In this document: positions 1 to 12,500 of the stretch, one piece after another
How the letters are laid out: each line of letters begins with the position of its first letter
Position numbering within the stretch: position 1 is the first letter of the stretch
Origin: Mobula hypostoma
Lineage: Eukaryota
Direction: 5' to 3'
Assembly (NCBI RefSeq): GCF_963921235.1
Contig: NC_086108.1
Coordinates: forward strand, 81,966,001-82,030,000
DNA: 64,000 bases
Notes under the pieces: generated by a model
Told to the model about the DNA's origin: nothing
Database searches by the model: none
The model's input: the letters and a program-made list of their open reading frames with translations, nothing else
Made by a program: the position numbers and the translations under genes

Positions 1-1227
1 ATAAATCTTTACTCCTGGTTATGCTTCAATCCTTTCAAACCCTCTAAAATCCACTCTTCAATTTGGCTTTTAAACAACCCTTCCTTATGGCTCTGATTTT
101 GTTCTGCTATGTTGAAAATGCTCTTTAAATGTTAATTGTTTTGACACTGGCTTTCTTCAATTGAAGACAATATATTTGCAAAAAAAGCAGGAGTTTGTAT
201 TTACAATCTCATCCTCAAGACATCCTGTATTAAATATGTTACTGACATTTAAGTTTACTTTAATTTGAAGGTATTATGCAAGCAGAATTTTTGTAAGGAC
301 TAGCATGATCTCATACCCTGTATTGAGATTTTTAAAAATTATTACCTTATGATGAGAGGTAAATGTCAAGCCAAGTGGATGAAAGAAAATTTGAGGGTTA
401 TGTTGAAGAGAAGGCTTGGATTCATCTTGGTTAAACAGTTGGCACGACATCATAGGCTGAAGGACCTGTACTGTTCTATATTCAGAGCATCTCTGATCTC
501 TGAGTCTGAATTGTCAGCCTAGATTCTTAAAGCCACAAAATAACTGGTGTGTGAAAAAGAAACTAAATAGCAAGCAAGTCTTTCGGATAATAGATCCCTT
601 GAATATAAAAATTTTGAATGCCAAAATTGTACTTTGACCTTTTGTAAGGGAAGCAGAATTCCTTTAATGATATGGACTGTGATGGTGTAAATACTTGAAA
701 AAAGCATTGCAGTTCTGGTTGAACTGAGACCAAAGTTAAGTGGTCACATGGTAGTCCTGTACTAAGCAACAATATTGTTCCATGGATTATTCATGTGCAA
801 TTTTATATAACTGCCAACATAGTCAGCAGAAGGGCAGTTTGGAACACTACTTGATTTGTAGGATATAAAGACTTAGAAAAAGTTTATTACCACCAAATTT
901 TGGCCATATTAGGCACAGGATTGTTTGTATTAACGTGTAACTGCTATTTTGAAAACCTGACAGTGAAGTATTCTGAGACGTCATCTGTCCACTTCCTTCC
1001 AGAAATGCTGCCTAACCCACTGCATTCCTCCAGCAGCTTGCCTTTTGCTCCAGATTACAGCATTTGTGTTCTGTTGTCTTCTGCTTAGTTGTCACATTGG
1101 TCATATCTATAAACTAATAACAGTTTTCAGCATCACTTGAAACCAAATGCAATTTATCTTGGTAATGTCAGTCGATCTCTGGTGAAGGAAAAAGATGACC
1201 ATTTTATTGATATAAAGCAGTTTTAGC

Positions 1228-1233
1228 TTTATT
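1228..1233 (-). terminator. Probable PCSK9 polyadenylation signal (AATAAA), implying a ~2.2 kb 3' UTR
   Basis: Minus-strand AATAAA preceded by a U-rich tract with several TGTA motifs (1234-1300). Other AATAAA at 1203-1208 and 1499-1504. Confidence 0.55.
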
Positions 1234-3405
1234 AACATGTGTAATGTATACAAAACAGTACAAAAAAGTATAAAATCATATTCTCAAAAATATTTACAGA
1301 TGTTGGTAGCAATAAAACCTGGTGGGATTTTGAAATAGTTTGGTGCTAACTTTCTGTGTATATACACAATGCTTTTACTATTGGATGTCCTATCCCTTTC
1401 GTGTACAGTGAATATTAATGCCTACAAGGTTATAATGCAGGTAAGAAATTCAGCATATTATAAGCTAATAAAATTCAGTTCAGCTATCACTCTAAACCTT
1501 TATTTATCCATTAAAGTGTGAATTACAAGCATTGATTATTCAGAATTATGAAAAATCTAACCTGCCAAAAAATGAAGTTCTATTCCAATGAAAGCAAGTT
1601 CCTTCACATATGCAGAATTGGGTTAATTGGATTTCATAATTACGAACTTTGTTCATAAGGAAACTTGCAATAGTCGATTTTCATTTTGACTGCATTTTAT
1701 TTCATCTGTTCTCTCCCTCTTCGGGCATTCACTGAGACTAAGGTGCTTGTAAACTTGTCCCTCCTCCAAGTTATTTCTATTTTCAGCATAATTGAGAAGA
1801 GAGGACATCAGATGATCTAATCAAGGTGAGCTCGTCTCCACAGTGAATCAATTCCAGTAAATACGTGATCTTTTTATGTCTTTCATCCAATGTGCTTGGG
1901 GGAAAATTCATGTGCACATTCAAATCTTGGGTTTTTCTATTCCGTAAACACCAGCCTCATTTTCAGAACTGTAATTACAATCTGTGTGTTTTAAAGGGTG
2001 TGATTGTACATCCACTGCACTAGTAGCCAGGTATCTTCCCTTAATGCCAAGCAGTTACATGATGACTGAGTATTAAAGGCTGTTGAAAGTGCTTGAGGCT
2101 CGTCTATGGTGATGAGTGTCCATGACTAGAAATAACAGGTAAGAGACATTCACCTTTTTGAATTATGTCACAGCAATGGATTGGTTTATCTGTGGGAAGC
2201 AAATGAGCTGCTCACACTATAAAGATATCAAAAGTACAAAATGAGTAATAGAAATGGTCTTTTCACTGTTTGAGTATAAATGTAGTTTCTTTATAGTTTG
2301 TTTTAGTCTGACAGTTCAAACACGTTCAATAAAGAAACTAGATATTGTTGAAATTCCATGTCTTCTCCATCCAAAACAAAAGGTGATTAATACTTCCATC
2401 ACTGCATGGCTGTGTGACTTTTCAGGTTTCAGGAAATTACATATATTTCTCATTGGATGTCCAATAGTTTGGTGTAACATAAACCTTGGTGTTCAGATTA
2501 AGAATCAATAACTGATTCATACTGCGAGCACCAGAGCAAGAAAACTGGAAGTTAAGGTTTAATTGAAACCAAATATTTTGTCTTTGTTTCTAAAAAAAAA
2601 CATATTTTTCCAAATGGCATAATTCTTTGAACGAGTGTGATGTACTAAGGAAACAGTTTCCTTATTTTAATTCTGTATCCCTGAAGAGCCTAATGGAAAG
2701 GTTATCCTCCGTTTTGGAACAAGGGTGTTACGACATTATCCACTGTTTACTTGTACAATTGGCTCCAAAAAAATATTTTGAATAAACTTGGCTGTGAATT
2801 TTGGAATGTGGTAAGTGAAGCCCCACTGACTTTGATGGACATGTGCCATATTAACGTGTTTGTTCTGGAGTGACCGGACTTTGCCATGAATTTCTAACAT
2901 CCTAGCTGCATTCAGTAATTATCAGTAAATGTTCATTTTGTGGTGATTCATTGTTATTCTCAACAGTTACCAATGATTATATTAATGCTGACATGCTCTC
3001 ATAAAACTATTTACAGGTTGATAGTGCCTGAATAAGAAAGCTTTAAACAAGAAAGTATTCTCCCAAAAGGAAAATAAATCAAATACTGTAAACGATAATC
3101 CTTTGACATTACCTAAGCTTTGTTCAGACACAAGGATTGGGGAATTTGGCCTGTTTCTTAATTCCACTTGCTGTAAACTATATCTAATTTTAGGAGGAGG
3201 GTTTGAGCTCAGTTGTCAGAAAAAGCAATTCACCAGTATTTTGCCCTGATTACATCAACCCTGGTTTTCCAAGCTGGGTAAAATAGAGCTGCCCTTTCCG
3301 ATAGACTAAACCACAGCAAGACTGCCTGCCTTACAGGAAAAAGGAGAAGTATATAAAATTTGTGAGAGGGGATGAGGGAACACACCAGTGGACATTTTAA
3401 TCAAT

Positions 3406-3579
3406 CTACAGTTCTCTCCTCTTCTGGCAGCATATGCCAATGGCTGCTGCACCTTTCCCCTTTCCTGTGTAGGATACCACACAGGTGTTGTCCACAGCAT
3501 ATGCTCCGTGAGTGTGTGACCGGTGGGAATATGCACTGCAACCAGTCAGGGTCCAGCCTTCGTCACATGACACCATCAC
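3406..3579 (-). CDS. PCSK9: PCSK9 exon 12 coding part
   Basis: [18 protein letters not shown]...[11 protein letters not shown]...[12 protein letters not shown] (TAG). Confidence 0.97.
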   Translation of the reverse strand: MMVSCDEGWTLTGCSAYSHRSHTHGAYAVDNTCVVSYTGKGKGAAAIGICCQKRREL

Positions 3580-6500
3580 CTGGAAATTAAAGCAAAAAAT
3601 CAACAAGACATCCAAATCTATTAGTACAGGCAAACTCCTGCCTGGAGGACTAAACCCCTTATTTCAACTCAGCCAGTAGAAATTATGGGATCATGCCAAG
3701 CCAGATACTTTTAAAATTACAGGATGGCCAAGTCCAACCAATATAAGTCAAGCAAGCTTAAAAATCAAAACCAAGGTTCCTGATGTTATTTTAAATTAAA
3801 TAAGAATAATATGCAATTCCCTTAAGAAGGAAATGTAAAATATTCAGTGCAAATTTTTTATTTATTGGTACTATTCAATGCTACTGGTTTTTATGCATCT
3901 AATCAGATTTAAGAAGAGCGTTGGCAAATGGGAAATATGTTGCTGCTGTCTCTCAACGAATCAGTGGTTAATATTTGATTTAGATAAATGATCTGGCTGC
4001 TTGCCTGGTAACTGCATTATTTTTGCAAATCCATTTAACAATATATAGAAAACAATCCTCGGGTTCAAGATTGTGTTACTCATTGTTTTCCTGTAGAAAA
4101 TCCACTTTAACAATGGAAATGTTTTGCAATCCCTTTCCTGCATGTCCATCCCTAGAGTAAAGACTTTAGAAAGAACTTTGAATGTTTAGAATATAGTCTT
4201 ACCTTTTCCATTTGGCCTGTGGAATGTTGTTCCTTCACCTTGCATACAAGACTTGGAGCTCGGCAACAGGTAGCATGTGAGATTGTCTCCTTTTGCCCAA
4301 GACACTTCTTGTTTTCATGAGGCATTGTTGTATCACTGAATGCTGAAAGGGAATGGGAGCTGCAGCCTGCGAGCAATAGGAACGTTGTTTATTTCCTTTG
4401 GAATCACTTTCCTAAAATGACTTCCAGAAAAAACAACTTCACTGATTCTTTGCATGCATTGGGACTATGCAATGACAGAGCTTCCACGCTAGGACCATCA
4501 GACACAAAGGCAGTTACTTCCCCAAGCCATTAGAGTGATCAACAACTCCACCCATTAACCCAGTGCACCATCACTACTTTATCACTCCTGTCAGTCATCT
4601 TAGGTGCAGATATTCCTGTACCCAGAGTCACATTATGTACATACAATCAGTCTATGTATAAGCTAATCTTATGTATTTAAGTTTATTGTATTTTTATGTT
4701 CATGCTTTTTTTTTTATACTGCATCAGATCCGGAGTAAGTCATTTCACTCTCCTTTATACTTGTGTGTTGAAGAATAACAATAAATAATCTTGAATCTTA
4801 GGAAGTTAGTCAAATTATTCCTCTCAGTTTAAAGATTTTTTTATATATATAGCTACATAGGACTGTTCATGTTCCATGTAGTTTAAGATTTTCCAAAGCT
4901 CTGAAGTATGTGTTTCACGAGGATTGTGTACGGACTGTGAAGCCTCTATTATTGATGAAATACATCGGGTTTCTCCAACACAATTCTGCAGAATGCACAG
5001 GTTGTATGAGAGTAATTAAGTTATTATTCAAGAGGCTGCACAGTGCCTTACAGTCACAATTCTGTTTAGCTAAAGGATACTGCTTCACTCCCACTTTATT
5101 TTATAAATCACTGAAGGGGTTTGGTGGAGCTTCATCTCCCCTCTGTGTATTCCTGTTCATCTTTTCCCAACATTCCCATCTCTCTGATCTGAGCTTTCAA
5201 AGTCTGAGGCCACAGCAAAGGCAACATCTTTGTAATTAGAAAAAGAAAATGCTGGAAGCTGTCAGCAGTTCAGGCAGAATCTGTGGTTAAGCATCAGTTG
5301 TTTTTCTATCCATAGATGCTGCCTGACCAGCTGGGTGTTGCTAACATTTAGTGCTATTTCAAATTTTAAAACTATACAGACATTTGATTTTCAAAATGCC
5401 GGTTTGATTGACCATACAGAACCCATAAGCCAGAATTATTTAAGCCAAGGATCACTATCAATAGCTTTAAAATTATGTTTCTGAAGATCAGTTTCTACCT
5501 AAATGATACCTGTTTGATAGAGCATATATGTACAAGATTAACCTAAAATCTAGCTCATAATCTATTGATCAATTTTGTCTCTAGTGATCGACCATTAACT
5601 TCATCTCGCCACCATATAGGCACTGGGCTTTCATGGCTGTTCAGCAAAAGTGGCCAGCGTGATGCCTAACTCCAAATAATCCTGGAACCTCCAGCCATGG
5701 CACTGTGAAACAGGAAGTGCATGCAGGCACCCTGAATGGATTATAGCAAGACCAGTAATTATACTCATTGTCTCAGTGCAGAGTTGAATCTGGAACCTGC
5801 ACACAATTTGGTACAATTATCCACCTCTGTTCCTTGACAAAAATTGGCAAAACTCATCTGCTCGGCTCTTTGAATTCATTCCTAACGTTTGAACTTGATT
5901 GTTCAGACTATAATACATAGGAACAGAATTAAGCCATTTGAGTATGTTCCACCATTCGATCATGGCTGATTTATTTTTCCTTTCAACCCATTCTCCTTCT
6001 TCCTGTAACTTTTGATGCCCTTACTAATCAAGAACCTATCAACCTCTACTTCAACAACAGGAATTCTGCAGATGCTGGAAATTCAAGCAACACACATCAA
6101 AATTAACCTCTACTTCAACTCTACCAAAAACACTTGGCCTCCACAGGCTTCTGTGGCAATGAATTCCACAGACTCACCAACCTCTACCTAAAGAAAGCCC
6201 TCCCCCTTTGTGTTCTAAACAGACATCCTATTCTGAGGCTATTCCCCTCTGGTCCTAGACTCTCCCACTATTGGAAACATCTCCATTTCTACCCTATTTG
6301 GGTCTTTCAATATTCAATAGGTTTCAATGAGATCCCCTTCATTCTTCTAAACTCCAGCAAGTATAGGCCCAGAGCCATCAAATGCTTGTTATAGATGTCA
6401 GAGTTAGGACATCTCTCACTCCCATACAGCCACATTTCTCAGGACGTTGCTTACCAGTGAGGACAAAGTCCTTGTGTGGACAGCCTGCCATTTGTGTGGT

Positions 6501-9500
6501 GCCGTCATCAGCCACTGAACTTGCGTTGACGAGGCATTCAGTTCTTGGCCAAGTGCAGCACCTGGCAACTGCATAAACCCCACGACTCCCAACAGCATTA
6601 TGAGCGACACACTTCTTCTTGCCTTGGTCTTCCTGGGATATTTATGTAGAATACAAAGAGAATTTCATTTACAAGGAAACAGATGACCTGAATTACCAAA
6701 AATTGCCACTGCAATTGCAGGAATTATTTTTAACACGGACTTTGAAGTTGGCATTTAAATGCAAGTAGTACTGTTTTTTAAGGTTGTTCCAGTAAAATGA
6801 TCGTTTCAAAATCCCTAAATCTAATGTTGCTAATACCCTTGGAAGCCTGTTCTCCCTTGATAATAAATCTAGAGTAGGCCCTCTTCAGCAAAGGTGATTG
6901 TCAAATAAGACTTAAGTATAATCTTCTGTTGTTAATCTATTGGCACTGTTGTAAACAGTCCTCCCCAGTAAACCTCATAACGAATTCCAGCACTCTGAAT
7001 ACATTCTCCAGTGTCTTGGTGCTTATACAACATGCAACCAATCAAGCATGAGGAGCAAGTAGCAAAACACGAAGTTTTGAGGCTATGGAATTTCTGCCCT
7101 CTTGTTCTTTCACAATGATTTATTGGGCAAAATACAGGTGGTTTGCATTGGGATGCTGAACTATTTAACAATAGTAATAAACTGATGCACTGGGAAGAGG
7201 GTAGAGCACTGGTTGGGGAGCCAGGGTACACCATGTGCTCTACCCTGATCCACTACTCATCACCATTAAGTTGCATTCAATTTGCTGAAACTGTCTGATT
7301 TATTTAGACCCAATTCTGAAAGACTTTTTTTTAAATACTGGGAAGTTGGTACCGTACTTTACCACCATAATGTGTTATGACCTGCCTTCATCTATTAACC
7401 ACAATTTACCACCATTGCCCTTATTGCATCCACAAAATGTGTTTTAACATTCTAGTATCAACTCAATATCTGCATCCATCATTTTCTCCCTAGCCTTTGT
7501 TGATGTTCCCTTTTCTATTAGTCATTGCAATTGAGATCGTGATCAATATGTTGCAATGTGAACTTTCTCCATGTTTTACCTCTATATGTTCCCCTCTTCT
7601 CTTTCCATTTTTTGAGAAACTTGAACAACTGAACATTTCCTCATTCTTGTCACAGTGCACTGTAGCTTTGGCTGAGTGTGCAAGCCCTGATATCTTTGAC
7701 CACACGGTCCTGCACAACAGCTGGTTCTCTGTAAACAGATGGCACATCAAAGTTCAAAGTGAATTTATTATTAAAGTACACATGTCACCATATACAGCTG
7801 TGAGTTTCATTTTCTTCTTGCCGCCATACTGAATAAATCTATAATAGAATAATAACCATAATAGAATCAATGAAAGACTGCACCAACTTGGGTGTTTAAC
7901 CAGTGAGCAAAAGATGCAAGGTGGCCCTGGTGAACCATGGCAACAGTTTTCAGTCTATGTACATCCTTTAATAGCCTTGCTGTACCTGCCACATTACCTT
8001 TTGTTAGAACCACATCCAGATGTTGTGGTTCATCTGTTAGCAAATGGCACACTCTTATAACAAAAGGAAATGAAGGGATTAGAGGAGGTAACAATACAAG
8101 CTAATTGCACAGACCAAACAAAGTGCAGGAGTGTTAGGCATGAAAGTGAAAGTTGCTCTCTTAATTTCTTAGGGAACTTTACAATTAAATGACTTGCTGA
8201 ATCTGAATTATTGAGAATCTCCTCAATCATTGCAGGGAATGGAGGGAAGTGGATCATGTACAGGCAGAAGAAATTTAGTTTAATTCAGCATAATGTTTGG
8301 TACAAACATCATGAGCTGAAGGTCCTACTCCTGAGCTGTACTGTTCTATGCTCTTTGTGTTTTCTAGATGTAATTCAGAAGTGGTACAACAGATTACTAA
8401 TGACACATGCTAATCTACATGTTGGAATTTTGTACACTTACTACTTTTTACAATTAATTCAAATAGATAATATTGAAACTGAATCGGTATTTGCTGTTTA
8501 CTCACCTGTTAGTACAGGCGAAGACAATCTTGCAATTCTGTTGGGCGTGACTAAACGCTGATCCTCTGGAAACCAGATGTCATTGATTGCTTTCTTTGTG
8601 GAATAATGAATTAGTCTCTGGCGTAGTTCAGATACTGTGATGTTAGGGTCAGTGCTCATTATCATCGCCGAAATGCCTACAGAGGAAAAAGCAAGTCAAA
8701 AAGGTATCCAATGAATAACATCAACTTTTTTTTAATGGTTTCAGTAGATGAGATAAACTGGACCACGTAATTGCCTCTGACAAAAATGTGCTGTTGGGAG
8801 CAGAAAAGGACACATGGATGTCCTCCGACTTGGTCATTCAAAAGATATTAAAATACAAGATTATGAACATGCTTATACACATCCATTGTATTCAATATTT
8901 AGGATGGACCTGTGTTTTTTCTCAAAGCTGGCAAATTTAAGGTGCTGGATGTGGGGCACAGAGCCTTTCGCCTAGAGGAAAGGCTGTAAATTTCTCTTGT
9001 ACCTGATAGTAAGAACAGAAGAGTAACAGCCCAAGGAACAACTGTAGGTTTATCTCCAGTGACAACATTTAATAAGAATTAAGTTATTAATTGTGCTCCA
9101 GCGTGATCACTACAGACAAGAGCTGCAGAGTGAGGAGATCTGAACAAGAAGCTGTAAAAGTGTCCACCTTGGTTGTCAAGCCCTGGGCCACACATTTCCA
9201 CAGGAATGTGACTGAATCTGGCAGCTGGCATGGAAAATGGAACCTGTGCATCCCAAAAGGCTGTGTCAACTTTCCATGAGGCAGTGGCTATTTGAGCACT
9301 AGCATTTCATCAGTCCCACCGCCATCAGCGCTGTGTACCTGCCACTTGAGCTGCTGCCTGCGATGTTCCGCTATTCGAGGTGAAGCACGTGACACAATCA
9401 CTAGAAGCACTGACAATGTCATCGCCAGGAGCAAAAAGATCAACACAACGACCGAAGTTAGTTCCTAGGGTTCCACTTGTGGTCGGCTGATTGTCACGAT

Positions 9501-12500
9501 TTGTGGCACCTACAGTGATGACCTGAAAAAGATAATGAAGTGGTCATTTTTATTTATTTAGGGATACAGCATGCTAATAACCTAACAAGCCCACAACATA
9601 CCCAATTAAATTCATGTGACCAATTAACCATATGTCCTTGGAACATGGGAGGAAACTGGAGCACCTGGAGAACATACAAACTCTTTCCAGTTCCTGTATA
9701 ATATATCTGATACTTTGTTCACTTTTATGTTGCTTGGATATGACATCTCCATCCATTAGTTGTAATTAAAATAGTTTTCAAATCCTCCTCCATCCAAATC
9801 AGCTTGACTTGATATAATCAGAACATTTTTAAACTTTTTAAGCTAACTATTAACCTTCCTGTTTTAGGAATTCTGCTGTATGCCCTCCTTAGGCTATTAA
9901 GCCAGTAAAGCAGTGCAAGGGACAGGCAAATTGACTGATGTAAATCATTGGCAAGTGAAGATTTTAAAAAAGCATAGGGTGAGCAGTTATAAATATAAGC
10001 ATGTAAACCATGCCCATTTTAAACACAGTGTATACAATACAAACACAGCATATACAACCATAGGAAGGGGCACTTTCCAAGAACCCTTCACTTCTACACC
10101 CCAACAACCCTGGGTTGTCAATGATTGTGTAACGCTGAGACGCAAAGTTCAATCCTAATACCTGTAAGTTTCCTTAAACCAACTGAACTATCAACCCTGC
10201 TCGTTGCAGTCAGAAAGACAAATGTACCTCCGGTTCTGAGGCAGGTGAATACAAACAGGCGTCATCCTTGTAATTTCCTGCAGCTGCGATCAATGCTACG
10301 CCTGTCCATGCTAATTGTCTGCAGGCTGAGTTCAGAGTCTGACTAAATCTTCCAGCGAAGGGCAACAGCACAATTACAGGTTGGTAAGGCTGAACCATCA
10401 GAGTTTTCCTGATGAACTCCAAACCTAAAAAGTAGAGGCAGAGTAATTATCTTTCGAGTCTCCTCCTCCTCAATTTCTGTCCCACCTGCTCAGATCTCAG
10501 TTCTGGCAATGGAATGAATTCAGATTCTGTTAACTCTTATGGATAAAAATGCACACCTCAATTTTAACAGAACGACAGGATTTTCTCTTTGATTTGAATA
10601 CACTGTCTGTTAGAAGCTGTAAGTAGAAGGCAGCCTATCAGGGGTCAGAAGATGTTTATCTGTGTGAGTGGTTAGAGAGGAAGGAAGGGAGTTTGCTTTG
10701 CTGCTTTGTTCTGCCGAGCATTGTGGGTATGCTCTGTTGGTGCCAGAATGTGTGGCGACACTTGTAGATTGCCCCCAGAACACCCTCTGCTGTGTTAGCT
10801 GTTAGTCCAAAATGATGCATTTCACTAGGTTTCAATGTATGAGATACAGTGCCTATAAAAAGTATTCACCTCTCCCCGCCCCCTGAAACTTTCATGTTTT
10901 ATTGTTTTACAACATTGAATCACAGTGGATTTAATTTGTCTTTTTTTGACACTGATCAACAGAAAAATACTTTTTCGTGTTAAAGTGAAAACAAATGTCT
11001 ACAAAGTGATATAAGTTAATTATAAATATAAAACAAAATAATTAATTATGTAAGTATTCATTCCCTTCAAGTCAGTATTTAGCAGATGCACCTCTGGTAG
11101 CAATTACAGCCTTGAGTCTGTGTGAGCAGGTCTCTATCAGCTTTGCACATCTGGACACTGCGATTTTTCCCTATTCTGCTTTACAAAACTGCTCAAGCTC
11201 TGTCAGCTTGCATGGAGAATGTGAGTGAACAGCTCTTTTAACTCTCAATTGGATTGCGGTCTGGACTCTGACTTGCTCACTATAGGACATTAACTTTGAT
11301 GTTTTCATGCCATTCCTGTGTAGCTTTGGCTTTATGCTTGGGTCATTGTCCTGCTGGAAAACAAATCTTCTCACAAGTCGCAGTTCTCTTGCAGACTGCA
11401 TCAGGTTTCCTCCAGGATTTGTGTGTATTTTGCTGCATTCATTTTACCCTCTACCTTTACAAGCCTTCCAGAACCTGCAATGAAGCATCCCCACAGCATG
11501 ATGCAGCCACCACCATGCTTCACAGTAGGGGTGGTGTGTTTTTGATGACGTGTGGTGTTTGGCTTACAACATAGTGTTTAGTCTGATGGCCAAAAAGCTC
11601 AGTTTTGGTTTTATCAGACCATAGAACCTTCTTCCAGCTGACTTCAGAGTCTCCCACATGCCTTCTGGCAAAATAGCTGATATTTCATGTGTTTTTTTTA
11701 ACAGTAGCTTTCTCTTTGCCAGTCTCCCATAAAGGTGTGACTGGTGAAGCACCCGAGTAACGGTTGTTGTATGTGCAGTCTCTCCCATCTCAGCCACTAA
11801 AGCCTGTAACTCCCTCAGAGTTGTCATAGGTCTCTTGGTGGCGTCCCTCACTAGTCCCCTTCTTGCATGGTCACTCTATTTTTGAGGACAGCCTGCTCTA
11901 GGTAGATTTACAGCTGTGCCATATTCTTTCCATTTCTTGATTGACTTAATTCAGTGACTTTTTCTTGTATCCACCTCCTGACTTGTGTTTTTCAAAACAA
12001 CCATTTTGTGCAGCTGCTTGGAGTGTTCATTTGTCTTCATGGTGTAGTTTTTGCCAGGACACTGACTCACCAGCAGTTGGACCTTCCAGATACAGGTGTA
12101 TTTTTACTACCATCAATTCAAACACCTTGACAGCACACAGGTGATCTCAATTTAACTAATTGTGTGATTTCTAAAACCAACTGGCTACACCAGTGATGAT
12201 TTGATGTGTCATATAAAGGGGGTGAATACTTAGGCAATAAATTATTTTGTATTTTATATTTGTAATTAATTTAGATCACTTTGTAGAAATCTGTTTTCAC
12301 TTTGACATGGAGTTGAATACTTTTTATGGACACTGGGTATTTAAACTGGAGTCTTGAATTTTGAGTACACTGGTGTGAAATGCAGGAAAACCAGCTCCCA
12401 AGCCAGTTGTGTCAAAAGCTCAATTCAGGGAAAATGATACAAGAAAAATGGAGCAGGCAGGGTGATCAGTACTAAAAGGTGGCCAAGCTTCAGAGAAACT

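Noticed and set aside
1..1320. USP24 3' end converging on PCSK9 (AATAAA at 1311-1316 on +)
   Set aside because: Based only on human synteny; no USP24 exon is visible
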